Shown piece by piece: positions 26,996-42,289 of a DNA stretch of 64,000 bases. The position numbers were made by a program, and so were the translations under genes. This stretch comes from Octopus sinensis (Eukaryota). How positions within the stretch are numbered: the stretch's first letter is position 1; the number at the start of each line of letters is the position of its first letter. The stretch covers positions 2,046,001 through 2,110,000 of the forward strand of contig NC_043008.1 of the NCBI RefSeq assembly GCF_006345805.1. The letters run 5' to 3'. The notes beneath the pieces are model-generated. The model had not been told where the DNA came from. It did no database searches and saw only the letters and a list, made by a program, of their open reading frames with translations.

Positions 26996-29420
26996 TTTGA
27001 GAATCATTGCTGGGAAACCAAATTAAACCAAATTAAAAATAAATCACCTGCCTAAAGGATATAATTTTAATAGGATTATTATATTTCTCGATTTTATTTC
27101 AAAATACAGTGTGGCACATTTCTATAGTTATGCCATATGTGTAATATACCGACACAGACAATAACATATGTGTGTGTTTGGGTTAATTGTAAAAATGTCC
27201 ATTGCTTCATATTGCTACAAGAATTATTATACATTCGTTCTATATTTATATAAGTAGAGGATCAGTATTCGTTTTTCGCTGCCTAACTTCGCAATAGGAA
27301 CCGCAGCAGATCACTTTCGCTTTATTCCATCCATGCCTTCAGAATAGTAACTGTAGCTTCGATTTCATTCCAACATTTTTCTTATGTTTCACATATTCCA
27401 CATGAGAATTTATGAGGTCAGCTGTCATTTTCCCATCTCATTTAAGCATAATGGTACAACTTTTCGTTAGAAAATACCCATTTTTCCCTAAATATAGAAA
27501 ACAAATTTGGTGCAGCAGTCTTCTGTAGGTATGCCATATGCGTAATATAACGACAAACATAATAACATGTGTGTCGTTCTGTGCATGTGCATGTGTCTGT
27601 CTGTCTGTCTCCTCGTGTCTGTGCATAACTGCAATAACCTCACTTACTATATATTGCTATTGGAAAAAGTGGGGCTGCCATTGAGGGTCATCGAAATAAA
27701 ATCATTTCACTTGGAGCCTCTAACTATACTCGGTACCATCCCATGGCTTCAAACAGGCACGACTGGATTCGGAAAAATATACCATCGTTCATAGTTAAGG
27801 ATGTATAATCCTCAAGAATTGCTGATCTCAAGCCGTTGGATTTTTCAGCTCGGTCCATTTTGTAGACAATGGTCTCGAGCACTCTTCATGCTTCACTCGT
27901 CATTCTGAAGGCAGAACTGCGCAAGTAATAGGCTTCGATTCTACAAGAACAGTTGCATACCGCGTGGGAAGCACGTGATTCGGGAAACGATGTTGTTATA
28001 TCAAATAAATCTGGTAGTGTCATTGTGTGTATTTTACCGTTGTATTGCAATTCTAGGGCTCGAAATATAACAATATTTTGCTTAACATCTCCAATAACAT
28101 GAAGATTCACTGGTTAATTAGAGATATATGAGTTTCTGCTTATAAACCGCTGCAGATAAAGCGTACGACATTTCAAGCATAGGTCACTTAATTGTTGTGA
28201 GCGCAAATGGATCCAGACGGAGGGTATATTTATAATGATTTATACAACAAATGGGTCACGAAAACTATCTCATATTTATCTTGAACCATTCTCATTACTG
28301 TTATGCTTCACAACACCTGACCTACTGGTTATACACCATTAGCGACGGATATAGTGAGTTTCTAGCAGCTCGTTCTCCACCAAAAATTCCTTAGCAGCTC
28401 ATAAATATAGTTATTAATCGAGTCATCTGCATGCGTGAATGATGGCAGAAGCCGTTGCGAAGCAGATGAAAGGTATTCGCTTTGTGTTTTATTTTCCTTT
28501 AATACATTATTTTAAATTCTGCGTTCAAATCTCGCCTACGTTTAATTTAACTTACATAAAAGTCAATAAAACACGTAGTAGTGACGCACTCGTATCGATT
28601 TAATACATTGTACACCCTCCATCTATAAATGTGTGGCCTTCTGCCAAGCACAGAAATTAATATAAGGACTCATTTATATTTTTGTTTTATCTTATTTCTC
28701 TTTGTGCCATGAGATTCTCTGAAAAAGCCATCAGGCCATAAACAGCCACTGAAAGAGTAAAGACTTAACTTGAAAGAGATTTCATTTTACAGTAATTTCA
28801 GCTAATCAATCATTTTGTCATAAAAGTGAGAAATTAAATGTTACAAACTGTTAATGACCGTTCTTTCTGGATGGAATCACTAGTGATGCATAACAATGAT
28901 TTAAAACACTCCCTTGCTTCTCTCTCTCACTCTGCACACACTCTCTAGCACAACGCATTCTCTCTTTGTTTATATTGATCTTTCACCACAATATCTTTCT
29001 TTCTCTCGCTCTCTCTCTCCACGTTATCTATATCTAAATACACCTACCATTTCATTACACTCTCATACGCGCGCACACACACATATAAGTGTGTGCCTTT
29101 GTATATATGTAAGCCACGTGTATATATACAGGTGTGTATAAGTGTATGTGTGTATGGAGTCATATACTTCTTTTACACTAATGTTTCCTTCCAGTCTTTT
29201 CATTGTATTTTCAGTCTTTCACTATTCATTCACTCAGACGCTCAGACACGCACTACCTTACCCACACACCTGCTTAAATACACACGCACACACACAGAAC
29301 GACACACATAAGCGCACACATAGAGATAATGAGATTAGGTATATAGATGTAGTGAGATAATAGGATAGACAGATAAGCAGACACATTATACGTTAGACAC
29401 AGACAGACATATACATAGAG

Positions 29421-29424
<4 letters not shown>

Positions 29425-29453
<29 letters not shown>

Positions 29454-29454
29454 T

Positions 29455-29486
<32 letters not shown>

Positions 29487-29520
29487 GTAAATTGCTAGAG
29501 AGAGAGAGAGAGAGATAGGT
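29425..29520. repeat. (GATA)n/(GA)n microsatellite
   Basis: Directly visible. Confidence 0.95.
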
Positions 29521-30647
29521 AGATACATCGTTAATATTTTGACACACCTTTTCTTTCCGCCTTATGTAATTTTTTAAAGGAATATTTCAAAGATCTATTC
29601 ATACCAGTCAAAAACATTTTCACCTATTATAAATTACTTAATCACTAAAATCTTTTTTCTATTTTAGTGACAGCCTTTCAGGCTGTTTATCTCTTACAAT
29701 TTGATATATCCCTTAAGGAGGTGACATAACGTTCTTCTTGCTAAGCTCATGGAAATAGTCGGTAATTAAAGAATATTAATAAAGAATATTAATCGCGAAC
29801 TCAAGATATTTCGTCTATAAATATTGAAATTAAATAAATCATTTAATGAAATATCGGCGGGAGGAGACAGTTGCGTAGGTACTGATTCTATTTTATCTCT
29901 TCTTTTTGATAGCAGGACTATTATGTCACAGTACGCGAGAAGGTGGGTCACTTGCATTTCATGTATAGTGAGATGCCTTCCGTTCAGAGGCCATCTTTCA
30001 CAATTCCTTCAGAAATCATTGGATCACAGAGCCACTCAAACTTGAACATGAAAATTCGTGATTTCATAGCAGCATTCTAACGTAACACTTCAAACTATAT
30101 ATCTACAGGTTGCTACACATACATAGACTTCACATGTGTGTGCGTGTGTATGTGTATATCTGTTTGTTTGTGTTTGTGTTTCTGTATGCGTGTGTGCATA
30201 TGTGTGTGCGTGTGTGTGTGCGCGTGTATGTGACTTCGTGTCTGGGAATTAAAATCGCCATCATAGCTTGACAACCGGTGTTTATGTCACCGTAAATTTG
30301 CGATTCTGCGAAAATAATGGATAGAATGCGTACCATACTAAACAATAATATGTACAAGGGTCATTTTTTAAAGCTAGCATTACGTGCTCTGTCTACCATT
30401 AACCTAGGTTGAGCGCACAGCTGGTATCTGATGGGTAAAGGGTTCGGTATCTGTAGCCGTTTGCAAGCAACTGTTTTCCGTCTTATAATTTTGAATATTC
30501 GATAGATCTCTGCTGCGCTCACGGGTAGAGTGCGTTTGAAATTTATGTTCATGTTTGTAAAACGGCGACATGTTCCATGCTCCTAAAGCTGGTTATAATA
30601 CATACACACACACATACACACACACACACACATATATACATACACAT

Positions 30648-30696
<49 letters not shown>

Positions 30697-30706
<10 letters not shown>

Positions 30707-31363
30707 GACTTTTAAATAATTGATAAGGAAAAAATTGTAACAAGCTTTATTTCGGCTTACAAATGCACTCACTGGTCCTTAGCAGTGGGCAACGATATAA
30801 TGGAATCTATGGTACCCTACAGTCCAGATGAAATCTCATCAGGTTACATAAAATATTATAGTGTTTTACTATGTACATTTCGTTGAATTTGTGAAACATT
30901 AGAATTAGAATGAAATTGTGAACTATTAGAAATTTTCCACTGTGTACTCTTAGAAATTTCCAGGTCTGGAGGAGTAATTGCAATTTTACTCTTGGAGGAA
31001 GCATTATCTATTAAATTAAAGCTTGGAAGAAGTGTAAATTACGCATGTTATATGATTGATTATTGTGGTATTTTCCCATTCACTGCATAATAGGCATGTT
31101 CCCATAATTTTTATATTAGGCTGGTGTTTCTTTTATTATCGGTCGCATAACGGCTAACGCACTCCTGATGGAATATTGCTGAAGAGCTCCGCGTTTATGA
31201 GAACACGTTATGGCGTTATGTTATATGATCTCTCATGTTATTACATGAATTGTTTTATGATGCAAAATGCTAATAATTAATTTTAGCAGGGTAGCATGTG
31301 ACGTTAGAACAAAAATATCCGCTGCTTCCAACTTTATTGCCATATATATGCGTGTGTACATAT

Positions 31364-31407
<44 letters not shown>

Positions 31408-32075
31408 GACTTTTAAATAATTGATAAGGAAAAAATTGTAACAAGCTTTATTTCGGCTTACAAATGCACTCACTGGTCCTTAGCAGTGGGCAACGATATA
31501 ATGGAATCTATGGTACCCTACAGTCCAGATGAAATCTCATCAGGTTACATAAAATATTATAGTGTTTTACTATGTACATTTCGTTGAATTTGTGAAACAT
31601 TAGAATTAGAATGAAATTGTGAACTATTAGAAATTTTCCACTGTGTACTCTTAGAAATTTCCAGGTCTGGAGGAGTAATTGCAATTTTACTCTTGGAGGA
31701 AGCATTATCTATTAAATTAAAGCTTGGAAGAAGTGTAAATTACGCATGTTATATGATTGATTATTGTGGTATTTTCCCATTCACTGCATAATAGGCATGT
31801 TCCCATAATTTTTATATTAGGCTGGTGTTTCTTTTATTATCGGTCGCATAACGGCTAACGCACTCCTGATGGAATATTGCTGAAGAGCTCCGCGTTTATG
31901 AGAACACGTTATGGCGTTATGTTATATGATCTCTCATGTTATTACATGAATTGTTTTATGATGCAAAATGCTAATAATTAATTTTAGCAGGGTAGCATGT
32001 GACGTTAGAACAAAAATATCCGCTGCTTCCAACTTTATTGCCATATATATGCGTGTGTACATATATATATATATA
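30697..32075. repeat. Near-perfect tandem duplication, period 701 bp
   Basis: Identical ORFs at 30807-31004 and 31508-31705; the sequence matches at offset 701 between (TA)n junctions. Confidence 0.95.
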
Positions 32076-33400
32076 TATACATATATGATAGATAGACATA
32101 TAAACACACACGCTGACACATACACACATGTGCACGCACACACACACATACACTCACACACACACACACATACACTCACACACACACACACAAACATATA
32201 TGTATATATATAATATTGTTTTTTGCTGTGAATACCAACAAAGATTTTACAACGTCGGGCAAACAAATTCAAACTTGTTCGAACTATTATTGCTATGGAA
32301 GTTACATTTTTGTTCTCGTGTCTTTGATGTGTGTATTTGTGAATGTATTTCAGCGATTGTGGGGTCGTTGTTTGTGCGTATAAGTGCGCGCATGCGTGCA
32401 GTTGTGTGTCCGTGATTGTGTTCTTCTTTGCGATCGATAGTGTACATACGTTATTGTATAAGTACGCGATTCTAACGCTAATTCCTCTACTCCGTATAAA
32501 TGGGTATTGCTCTGTATGACATTCCTAAATAAATACCGCGCCTATATAAGCCGACTTCTTCACGTATAGTTAAAATGTGCTATAATCTCATACGCAAAAA
32601 TAAATTCTTCTCCAGAGCCAAATAAAAACCAAGTAGTCGGACATTTCAAGACATATGCATTCTATGTCTGCCCTATCTTTTGGTATTCTTTTTATTTTGT
32701 AATTCTTAGACTCTTACATCGCAGGGTTTGTTCCATTATTGATTTCAAGTCAAATTTCGTGAAGCCGGATCATATTTTTTTATTACATTATCGCTGTTCC
32801 CGGAGAACTGCGGTTGGGATGATTACACAATATATCGGCAAAGTTATTGAAGAATTCGTTCGCGTCATTCGTTGCATTTCTGTTTAAGCTGGATTTATTT
32901 ATCTGGTTATAGGGTAAGAGATAAAAACTTCCTTGTGATTCCTGATAGCAAAATACTTAACACGCTTGAATAAACATTCTATACTGTTTCTTAATTGAGT
33001 ATGTAGTTGCGCTTTAGTATGAAGTACGGCATGATATGGACTAGTATAATGCGTTTTATACTTGTTTTAGGTAACCATACAAACGTAGATGCAATGAGAT
33101 ATTCTTGAGCTTCTGCTTTCCCCGCCAGCGGAATATCCATTCTGTAAATAATTCAGCGAGACAAAAAGACAGTCGTCCGCAGGAAGTTGATATATTATGT
33201 ATGGAATTGTTATAGACAGAAGGCAAAATATATCCCCCGAGCGATTTAACACGAGACGGTTGATATCCTGAACACACATAAACGATAAGTATTGTATTCG
33301 CTGTTCTAACGATGCAGCCAATACGCCTGATATGATTTAGGATATAGAGTAGTACAAAGAAGTATACATTGCAAATATTAAACATCAAGATATATATATA

Positions 33401-33450
<50 letters not shown>

Positions 33451-34718
33451 TATATATATACATACATGTATACATTCATACACACATACATATATATACG
33501 GCCACATATACAAACACGCACATAACATATACATAAATTCACAAAAGCACAAACACACACAGACATCTATTTATATATACATACAAACATATATGTGTGC
33601 GTGTGTGTGTATATATGCATATGTATATATGTATATACATATATATAAATGTATATATATGCATATGTATGTAGATGTATATATATGTAGAGAGAAAGGT
33701 AGAGAGAGAGAGAGAGGTAGAGATAGACATGCATATAAACACGTATATGTTATTGTACGTGGGTGTTTCTATAAATGTAAGTACGAATGTATATATATAT
33801 AAAACAGCGATCGAAAAGACATCGTTTGTTCGAATTTCTCATACCAGTTTTCTGTCGCATATCTGGTTTGAAATCCATCCACTGAATAATACTAGAATCG
33901 AGATCTAATTATTCTCAACGCTTAAAGGAACACATGGGGACCCTAAGTTGACCTGATATCTATTCCTTTTAGCTATGTCAACTGAAGCATTTGGCAAATA
34001 TTTTTCTTCCTAGTTTCCAACATTCCTATAATTATAGATATATATAAATTTTTATTTTGTCTTAAATTTTCCGTTTCAACAATTTTCCCACCACTATTTA
34101 TTTGCCCCTAGCACACATTGGCGAATGAAGGAACCCGCACAATTGCCCTCATAAAAAATGCCCTCATAAAAGCTAAAATAACATACATAAAAGTGCTACG
34201 CAAAAGCACATTTTTTTTATTATTCAGATCAAATATATATAGATATATGTATATTATTTTTGTGCGCTTTGAAATACGTGTCTGGTTGTCAGCACGCCCG
34301 TGAGTCTTTCTGTTGATCTGATAACTACATCTCATCTTATGTACACGTATCAGTTGTTCAAATCAAATTTAACAAGTTAAATTGCAAGATTATAATCTCA
34401 TTACTATTGGCCATACTGGATAGCATCCAATTAAAATATATATACAAACATTTATAGAGAATTAAATAATGCTTTTTCTCAAAAGGTATCTTAAAACTTT
34501 CGCTTTCTACGATACTTAAACTGTTCTATTACTACAACCGCTAGAGCAATATTGTACAGATCTATTAAGTGGAGAGTTGAGATAATAGGTCTTGACGAGA
34601 ACGGATCTCGCGTTTAAGAGTTGTGTTTCTTTTTGTGTGTGAGCAAAATTTCTGGACACGGTCAGTTGGTGGCAGACATCTCTTTCTCTTTTTTTCTCTC
34701 TCTCTCATTCTCTCTCTC

Positions 34719-34753
<35 letters not shown>

Positions 34754-36317
34754 GTCTCCTTCTGATTCCTTCTAGCATTTTCTCATTCTCTCTTTCCGTC
34801 TTATTCTCTCTCTATCTCTATATTTCAGAAGTTTTATCCACCTATAAGAATCTGATCGTGTTTTATTTGCGTGCACATAATGCCATCAGTTTTGTAAGCA
34901 TATTTCTTTACAACGCTTCATCTGTAGTCTTAGATATTTTATTTTATTTTATTGACTTAAAAGCAACGACTAAAATAGGTAATATCATCTCAATTGCTGT
35001 GTGAAAAGAGTAACAAAACCTGCCAACAGGTATTTATACAATGTTAATTGCATAAGTGAACTTTATATGGAAGGAATATGTGGAATAAAATTTGAATATT
35101 CATCATGTATTTACATAAAACTGACTTCATCCAAATTGTCAAGACTCATACAGCAGTCGGCAAAATTTATATTACCTTACATCCTGCAATTTAGTCTCTT
35201 TAACACCTGAGGCTAATTTTGAATTATCAGCGCCAAGAAGAAATTTAAATGGCTTGGAAATTCTTTCGTTCACAGCATCTTCTCAAAATTCATCTCCATA
35301 ATATCTTCTTACAGGAGAGATATCGGAGAGTTTCTACACCTTTGGCTACAAAACGTCAATGCATGTGATTCACTGGTCTATCAGCTTATCTCTCCGGTTA
35401 TATTCTCCTTAATAAAACTCATACCACTTTATTTAGACAACGATTGAAATTCAAGTTCTGATCATATCTGTAACACAATGAAATTGGGCATAAATTTGCA
35501 ACGACTGCGCAAATATGCATGAAGGAAATAGCCCATAAAATTGGTTGAAATCTTTTAAGACAAGTATGACAATAAATGTTACGACCGAAAGAGAGAATTA
35601 TGTCGACAGTGTCTCTCAAGTATATTGAGGAATAAACAGAATTACGTCTTCGCTGTAAGCATTAAAAATAAAGAGTTAAATGAAATCAATCAACATATAT
35701 ATATGTCAATCAGAAATTATCAAAAGTCCTTCCCGGATCATACGCACATAAGACTGGTTTTCGGTTTCTATGGTTATGTATTTATCCCTGAACGGGACAC
35801 CGTCCCGTTGCAGGGTTGTTAATTTTGCCACCTGGATGGGCTGAGGTAACGAGAAAGGAACGTTCTTGCTCAAGAAATCAACAAATCGCTATGTCCAGAT
35901 ATCGAAAGCACGATATTGTGATCATAAGGGCAATAGATTTGTCTTTAAGGCATTCACCTCTACTAAATATCTCCCTAACTGCACACGTACTTGCATACTT
36001 GCATACAGATGTGGATTTTCATATACATCTGTTCATGAAATATACATACTTGTATACAATCTTTCAGATAGGAATACCAAATACGCATAGGTGGACGTCT
36101 GCTGATACATACACTCACAGACGCATTCACGTACTCGCGCATACACACATACAAACAAGTACACTCACGTAAAGAATTATCTTCACCAACTTTCATTCGG
36201 CACCAATGGTGATCATACACATATTTCATAACAATATTTCGTTAAATTTGTTGTATTCAGTTAACTATTTCACACACACACGAACACACACCCACGCACA
36301 CACACACAAACACACAC

Positions 36318-36382
<65 letters not shown>

Positions 36383-37699
36383 ATGATTGAGCGAATCAAT
36401 ATAATCCGGCACAATCACCTCAACGTTTAAGATCCTGTCTTCTGTTGAATACCGATACTCGAAGTAAGATCGATGGGACTACTGACTAACTACAAAAGGA
36501 ATTCTTTACAATTCCAAGAGAATATCCAATAGGGATAATATAAACAATAATAATAACGATAAGAAACTGTATAATATTTTAAGTGTGGAAATAGGAAGTC
36601 AAGTTTATATTATTTTCGGTTCCGTAATCAAGAGTTTTAAAATTTCATATCGCATATTCCGTTATAGAATACATTTCATAACATTAAAATATATAGAAAA
36701 CTGTAATCTTATTATTATAGTTTGTTTACATTTTTGACATCTTCATTTAAGAACATATTCAAACTATGAAATAAGCATGTGTTAGGATATGTTATATCAC
36801 ATTCATGAGTGTGCCAACAAGATTCGAAGAGACCGAATACTTAAAACCTCATTTCATATACCACATAAGATTTAAGTCAAATAAATTTTATAATACTAAA
36901 GTGAAAATAAAGTCAGCTTCAAATTATCATATAGATCAAAGAGTACGCAGATCAGTTGGACGACATTAAGCCATTTTTATGTCCTCCCTTGGAGACGCTA
37001 ATCAGTTAGATCGAAGAAGCGAGCAAATGAAACCATGTACTACAAACACGTCCACTGCTACGCAGCATACATTAACACGCTTTCACCAGACACACACTCT
37101 CACCACACATATTTTCTAGCCACAAAGTCTCCTTCATACTGGTGAATACATTTATATGCATATGTGTATGTGTGCTGAATAGGAGTGAATTTGTGACAAG
37201 TAGAGAAGACAGGGTTTACAGTAGACACATTTGTTAAACTTGGCCTGTTATCGTTCAATGGCAAAGACAATTATCTGTTTGATAATTTCCAACAAATTTT
37301 ATTTTGACTTTATTATCATTTTACTTTTATATCATTAAATGTGATTAATTGACTTAAATCATCAATGACGTATCAAATGGGAACATTAAGTATTCTGCTT
37401 ATTTTCAACTTGCTGACACGCCCATGAATGTGATATAAGAATACCCTGAAGCACAACCTTGTTTCATATGTTAATCACGTATTCAAACCAAGATGTTTGA
37501 GGAAGTGAGCAAACTATGATAATATTATTTCATATTACTACATACTGAATGCATTATAAAACTTTTGTATGGCATACAATAAAGAATCGTTCGTTTACGG
37601 AAACGTTAGTAATATTGATTTGTCTTCTCTCTTTAATACGAAATATATTTATATACACACACGCACACACACTCAATCACACACACACACACACATATA

Positions 37700-37880
37700 T
37701 ATTTCTGTATATATAAACCTGAGAATATGTGTCTGTCTGTATGTATGTGTGCATCACTACAACTCGAGAACTACCCAACCGATTTCTTTCAAATTGTACA
37801 CAGGGGCCATGAAGTGTCATGGGCCAAAACGTTTCCATTTTCTTGTACAATGCGCACCCTGAACGATATGTTATACTGGT
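37700..37880. mobile_element. Non-autonomous Helitron/Helentron-like repeat fragment
   Basis: 'gtctgtctgtatgtatg...aactcgagaactacccaaccgatttctttcaaatt' matches the typical CTGT-microsatellite plus AACCGATTT..AAATT layout. Confidence 0.5.
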
Positions 37881-38684
37881 TCGGTTTTCAGTGTGTTTGT
37901 GTATCTGTGTGTGTTTGTGTATTTGTGTGTGTGTATGCATAATTATATGCACATAGTTAAGTTAGATTCCTGGAAAGACCTTGGTGAGTTTTCTGGAAAT
38001 CTCATTCACAATTATTAGCAACCTTTTGTCATTATAGAATGGAATTGCTTCCGATGTTGCACACACCTCCTGGATCCCTTTCGCTAATGATATGTACGTA
38101 AATATATGGCAGAAATTGGATGTAACGACATTTTTTAAAAAATCATAACAATGTAAAATATGAGTGTTGCATTCTAAGTTATTAGACGTAGCGTAAAATA
38201 ATTTGTTTTTTAAATATATTGTTGCATTTGTTAAATTACTGAATTATTGTAATAATATAATACGGATATCAATTTATTATCTCAAAACACTTTACTGTAT
38301 TCGTCGACATAATTTTAGTCTCTTTAGAAAATTTCCCCCTGCAATCTGACCATTAAGAAACAATGGAGATTTATAGACCATCTCAATGTTTTCTTTTGTC
38401 TATGTTGTTAAAATAAATTTTGTTTTGATTATAATTGTATTTCGCCTGTCAATATATCCATGGCTTTAGATCGGTTTCCAATGTATTGCAAATGGGTAGA
38501 GGGTCTAAGCAATAACTTGTTTAAATAAGCCCCTAATGCGCCGCTTTGCATGTGATATGATTCAACCTGTATGATATGTACGACATTTGCAAGAATTTGT
38601 TAAACATAGTGGTTTAAATAAAGAGATTAATTCTCTTTTCAATAATTTCTCTCTCTCTTTCTCACTCTCTCTCACTCTCTCTCA

Positions 38685-38756
<72 letters not shown>

Positions 38757-38834
38757 TATATATATACATGCACACTTATATGTAAATATATATGTATGCT
38801 TATATGCATTTATCACTCTATATATACAAATATG

Positions 38835-38870
<36 letters not shown>

Positions 38871-38874
38871 TATA

Positions 38875-39110
38875 GGTGTAGGAGTGGCTGTGTTGTAAGT
38901 AGCTTGCGTACGAACCACATGGTTACAGGGTCAGTACCACTGCGCGGCACCTTGGGCAAATGTCAGCTACTATAGCCTGAGGCCGACCAAAGTCTTGTGA
39001 ATGGATTTGGTAGACGGAATATATATATATATGTGTGTGTATATATATATCTGTGTCTGTCCCCCCAACATCACTTGACAACCGATGCTGGTGTGTTTAC
39101 ATCCCGGTAA
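38875..39110 (+). mobile_element. tRNA-derived SINE
   Basis: 'ggagtggctgtgttgtaagtagcttg...ccactgcgcggcaccttgggcaa...ggccgaccaaagtcttgtgaatggatttggtagacgg'. A reverse copy of the head is at about 63330-63470. Confidence 0.8.
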
Positions 39111-39309
39111 CTTTAAAATGTATTATCGAAACCCTATTTAGGGTATGTCCCTAGTAGAGTGCTTTGAGAGCACCTTCACCACATACGGCTACCAGGCGTC
39201 ATTCGCGGTACTACACTTTTGTCGCAGGATCTACGTAAGGGATTCCTGTGCATGTTTAGTATACATTAAATAATTGATAGGGAAGACAGAGTTTACTGTA
39301 AGCGTGATT

Positions 39310-39357
39310 ATTAATACTATTATTATCATTATCATTATTATTATTAGTAATATTATT

Positions 39358-39388
<31 letters not shown>

Positions 39389-39499
39389 GTAATATTATTA
39401 TTATCATTATCATTATTATTAGTAATATTATTATTATTACTAACAATATTATTATTATTGTTATTATTATTATTATCATTATTATTATTATCATTATTG

Positions 39500-39538
<39 letters not shown>

Positions 39539-39745
39539 GTAATATTATTATTATCATTATCATTATTATTAGTAATATTATTATTATTACTAACAATATT
39601 ATTATTATTGTTATTATTATTATTATCATTATTATTATTATCATTATTGTTGTTATTATTATTATTATCATTATTATTATTATTATTATTATTATTGCTA
39701 TTATTATTATTTCCATTATCGTTATTATTATTATTATTATTATCA
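39310..39745. repeat. (ATT)n array with a 150-bp higher-order duplication
   Basis: 39391-39510 equals 39541-39660. Confidence 0.9.
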
Positions 39746-40259
39746 AGATGTTCTATGACATTTGACAGCCTCTTTATCATATCTATTTGATGATCGTATT
39801 TATCAGCTTCGTTTTGCATCTGACAAAACCTTAGTACTGCAGTATTCATTGGCATCATTATGAGCAGCAGCAGCAGTATTATCAAGATGATAAACGTTAT
39901 CCGCTAGTCATCATTCTCGACATCATCAAATCATTTGCACCATCTTTCTCAGTACCGTCATCATCATCATCGTCGTCAATGGGATTCTCATTATCGCAGC
40001 CGGGTGCTTATCCATCACCATCGTCGCCGCCATCTTCGTCATCATCATTATCATCATCATCACCACCATAATCTTCGTCGTCTTCTTCTTCATCATCATC
40101 ATAATCATCATTGTCGTTTTCGACCCCTCTCCCTGCACAATCAAGTACGGCAGCCATAGTCCTATCTCCCGTTACATCATTATTTCTGACAGCAGCGCCA
40201 ATAACAGCAACGTTATTCTCGCTCTTATCGTCATCAGAACTATTAATGTTTCATCATTA

Positions 40260-40469
40260 CCATCATAGCATCATGATCCTAATCACCATCATGATCCTCC
40301 TCTTCCTCTTCCTCTTCCTCCTCATCCTCGTCATCTCTATCATCGTCAACATCATCGTCACAATAATCATGATGTTCATGCTTCTCATCAGTATTAATAT
40401 CATCACCGACGTTGTCGTCATCATCAACATCATGATGATGATGATCATCATCATCATTAACACCATCAT

Positions 40470-40501
<32 letters not shown>

Positions 40502-40655
40502 ACATCATCCTCATCAACATCATCATCATCATCATGATCATCAACATCATCATCATCATCATCATCATCAACATTATCATCATCATCATTAACACCATCA
40601 TCATCATCATCATCATCACCATCATCAACATCATCAACATCATCATCATCATCAA

Positions 40656-40696
<41 letters not shown>

Positions 40697-40700
40697 CCGT
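40260..40700. repeat. (CAT)n degenerate array
   Basis: Directly visible. Confidence 0.95.
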
Positions 40701-41117
40701 CCTCGTCGCCCTGTCAAACGAACCATAAGCATCTACATTAAAGCCATCACCACTACGGTTAACGTGCACACGTCTTCCATTGTCAATTTACCATTATTAT
40801 CCACATCATTATCCTTATCACGTTATTCTTGATTAATATCTCTGTAACCAGCATTAATGCTTCCAAGCCCATTCTCAGCGGTGCCATTAATATTCAGAAA
40901 TTATGGTACTAATGCTGGCCTTCATTTATGCATGTACCCACGCCAGCTCACTTGAACCCGTTGCGTAATGCTGCCCGCGATATGTCAGTTCAATGCTTCA
41001 TTAGGTTAGGCTGCAAAGTGGCAATTGTCCATTTATATTGACTGCATTCGACAAATCATTACCGTTGTTTACAGAAATATTAAACATGTATGTATATAAG
41101 CATTTATATGTATTTAT

Positions 41118-41119
<2 letters not shown>

Positions 41120-41176
<57 letters not shown>

Positions 41177-41182
41177 ATATAG

Positions 41183-41266
<84 letters not shown>

Positions 41267-41293
41267 TATATATATATATATACATACATATAC

Positions 41294-41331
<38 letters not shown>

Positions 41332-41340
41332 CATAAATAC
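41120..41340. repeat. (TA)n microsatellite
   Basis: Directly visible. Confidence 0.95.
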
Positions 41341-42013
41341 ATACATACGTATGCACATCCATGTACAGTAAGGAGCGCATTGCTGCTGAAACAAAGAGAT
41401 GACAATTTTTGCAGCCACAATATCTGTTAATGCATCAATCTATAAGTTTGTTTACATCAGATAAGTACATTTATTTCAGTAACATTTCTCGCAACGGGGA
41501 ATGTAGATTCTCTTGATAGACCTACTGATTGTTCAGTTGAGAACAATGGAATAAATGTAATTAGTGCGTCTAAAGTAATAATTCTAACTATTGGTAAGCA
41601 AACACGATAGCAATTGTAATTTTCGCATATATAATGATAACGTTGTGGGTTTTTTTTTCTCCCAAAAAATGAAAACTTGTTTTGGATCTATGAGCTACAG
41701 TAACAATAATAAAACTGGAAAGAAAAGTTACTGAAAGAACATCTGCAATAACGCAGCCATAGGTTCATCAAAAGTAATTCTTGTATCTCCTTGGCAATGG
41801 ATTTTAGGGAAGTCTGAATTGACTGGGAAACAGTTGCAGAAGAATTGGTTGAGCAATCATACTCTTTTATATACGTTATTTTATTTTATAATCTCAATCA
41901 AAATGTTTATCACAGACTATTAAAAAGAAATCCTGTCAAAGATTCATATCCATACACTGGTGTAATATTTTAAGTACATTTTGTTTGTGCCACTTCTACT
42001 CTTCCTCTCCTAG

Positions 42014-42093
42014 TTGTTGTTGTTGTCCTTCTTCTTCTTCTTCTTCTTCTTCTTCTTCTTCTTCTTCTTCTTCTTCTTCTTCTTCTTCTTCTT

Positions 42094-42124
<31 letters not shown>

Positions 42125-42173
42125 TTATTATTATTATTATTATTATTACTGAGTGACAGAGCAGGGCATGCCA

Positions 42174-42239
<66 letters not shown>

Positions 42240-42275
42240 ATCATTATTATCGCTATTGTTGTTGTTGTTGTTGAT
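42014..42275. repeat. Compound (GTT)/(CTT)n/(ATT)n array containing a 27-bp retroelement 3' end
   Basis: 'gagtgacagagcagggcatgccat' embedded in (ATT)n is homologous to the end of the element at 42745. Confidence 0.85.
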
Positions 42276-42289
42276 GATGTATTACAGTG

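Noticed and set aside
27660-28110. Relatively GC-rich stretch with a 74-aa minus ORF extendable past one stop
   Set aside because: No recognisable domain or splice structure; origin unresolved.
33067-33388. Faint GPCR-like transmembrane wording (DIFCLLSITIPYIIYQL)
   Set aside because: Requires a frameshift, lacks the conserved GN/LAxAD/DRY motifs, and is plausible by chance in AT-rich DNA.
39231-40769. Long poly-I, poly-N, poly-L, poly-M and poly-H ORFs (163-209 aa)
   Set aside because: Read-through of (ATT)n and (CAT)n arrays on both strands; no splice or domain evidence.
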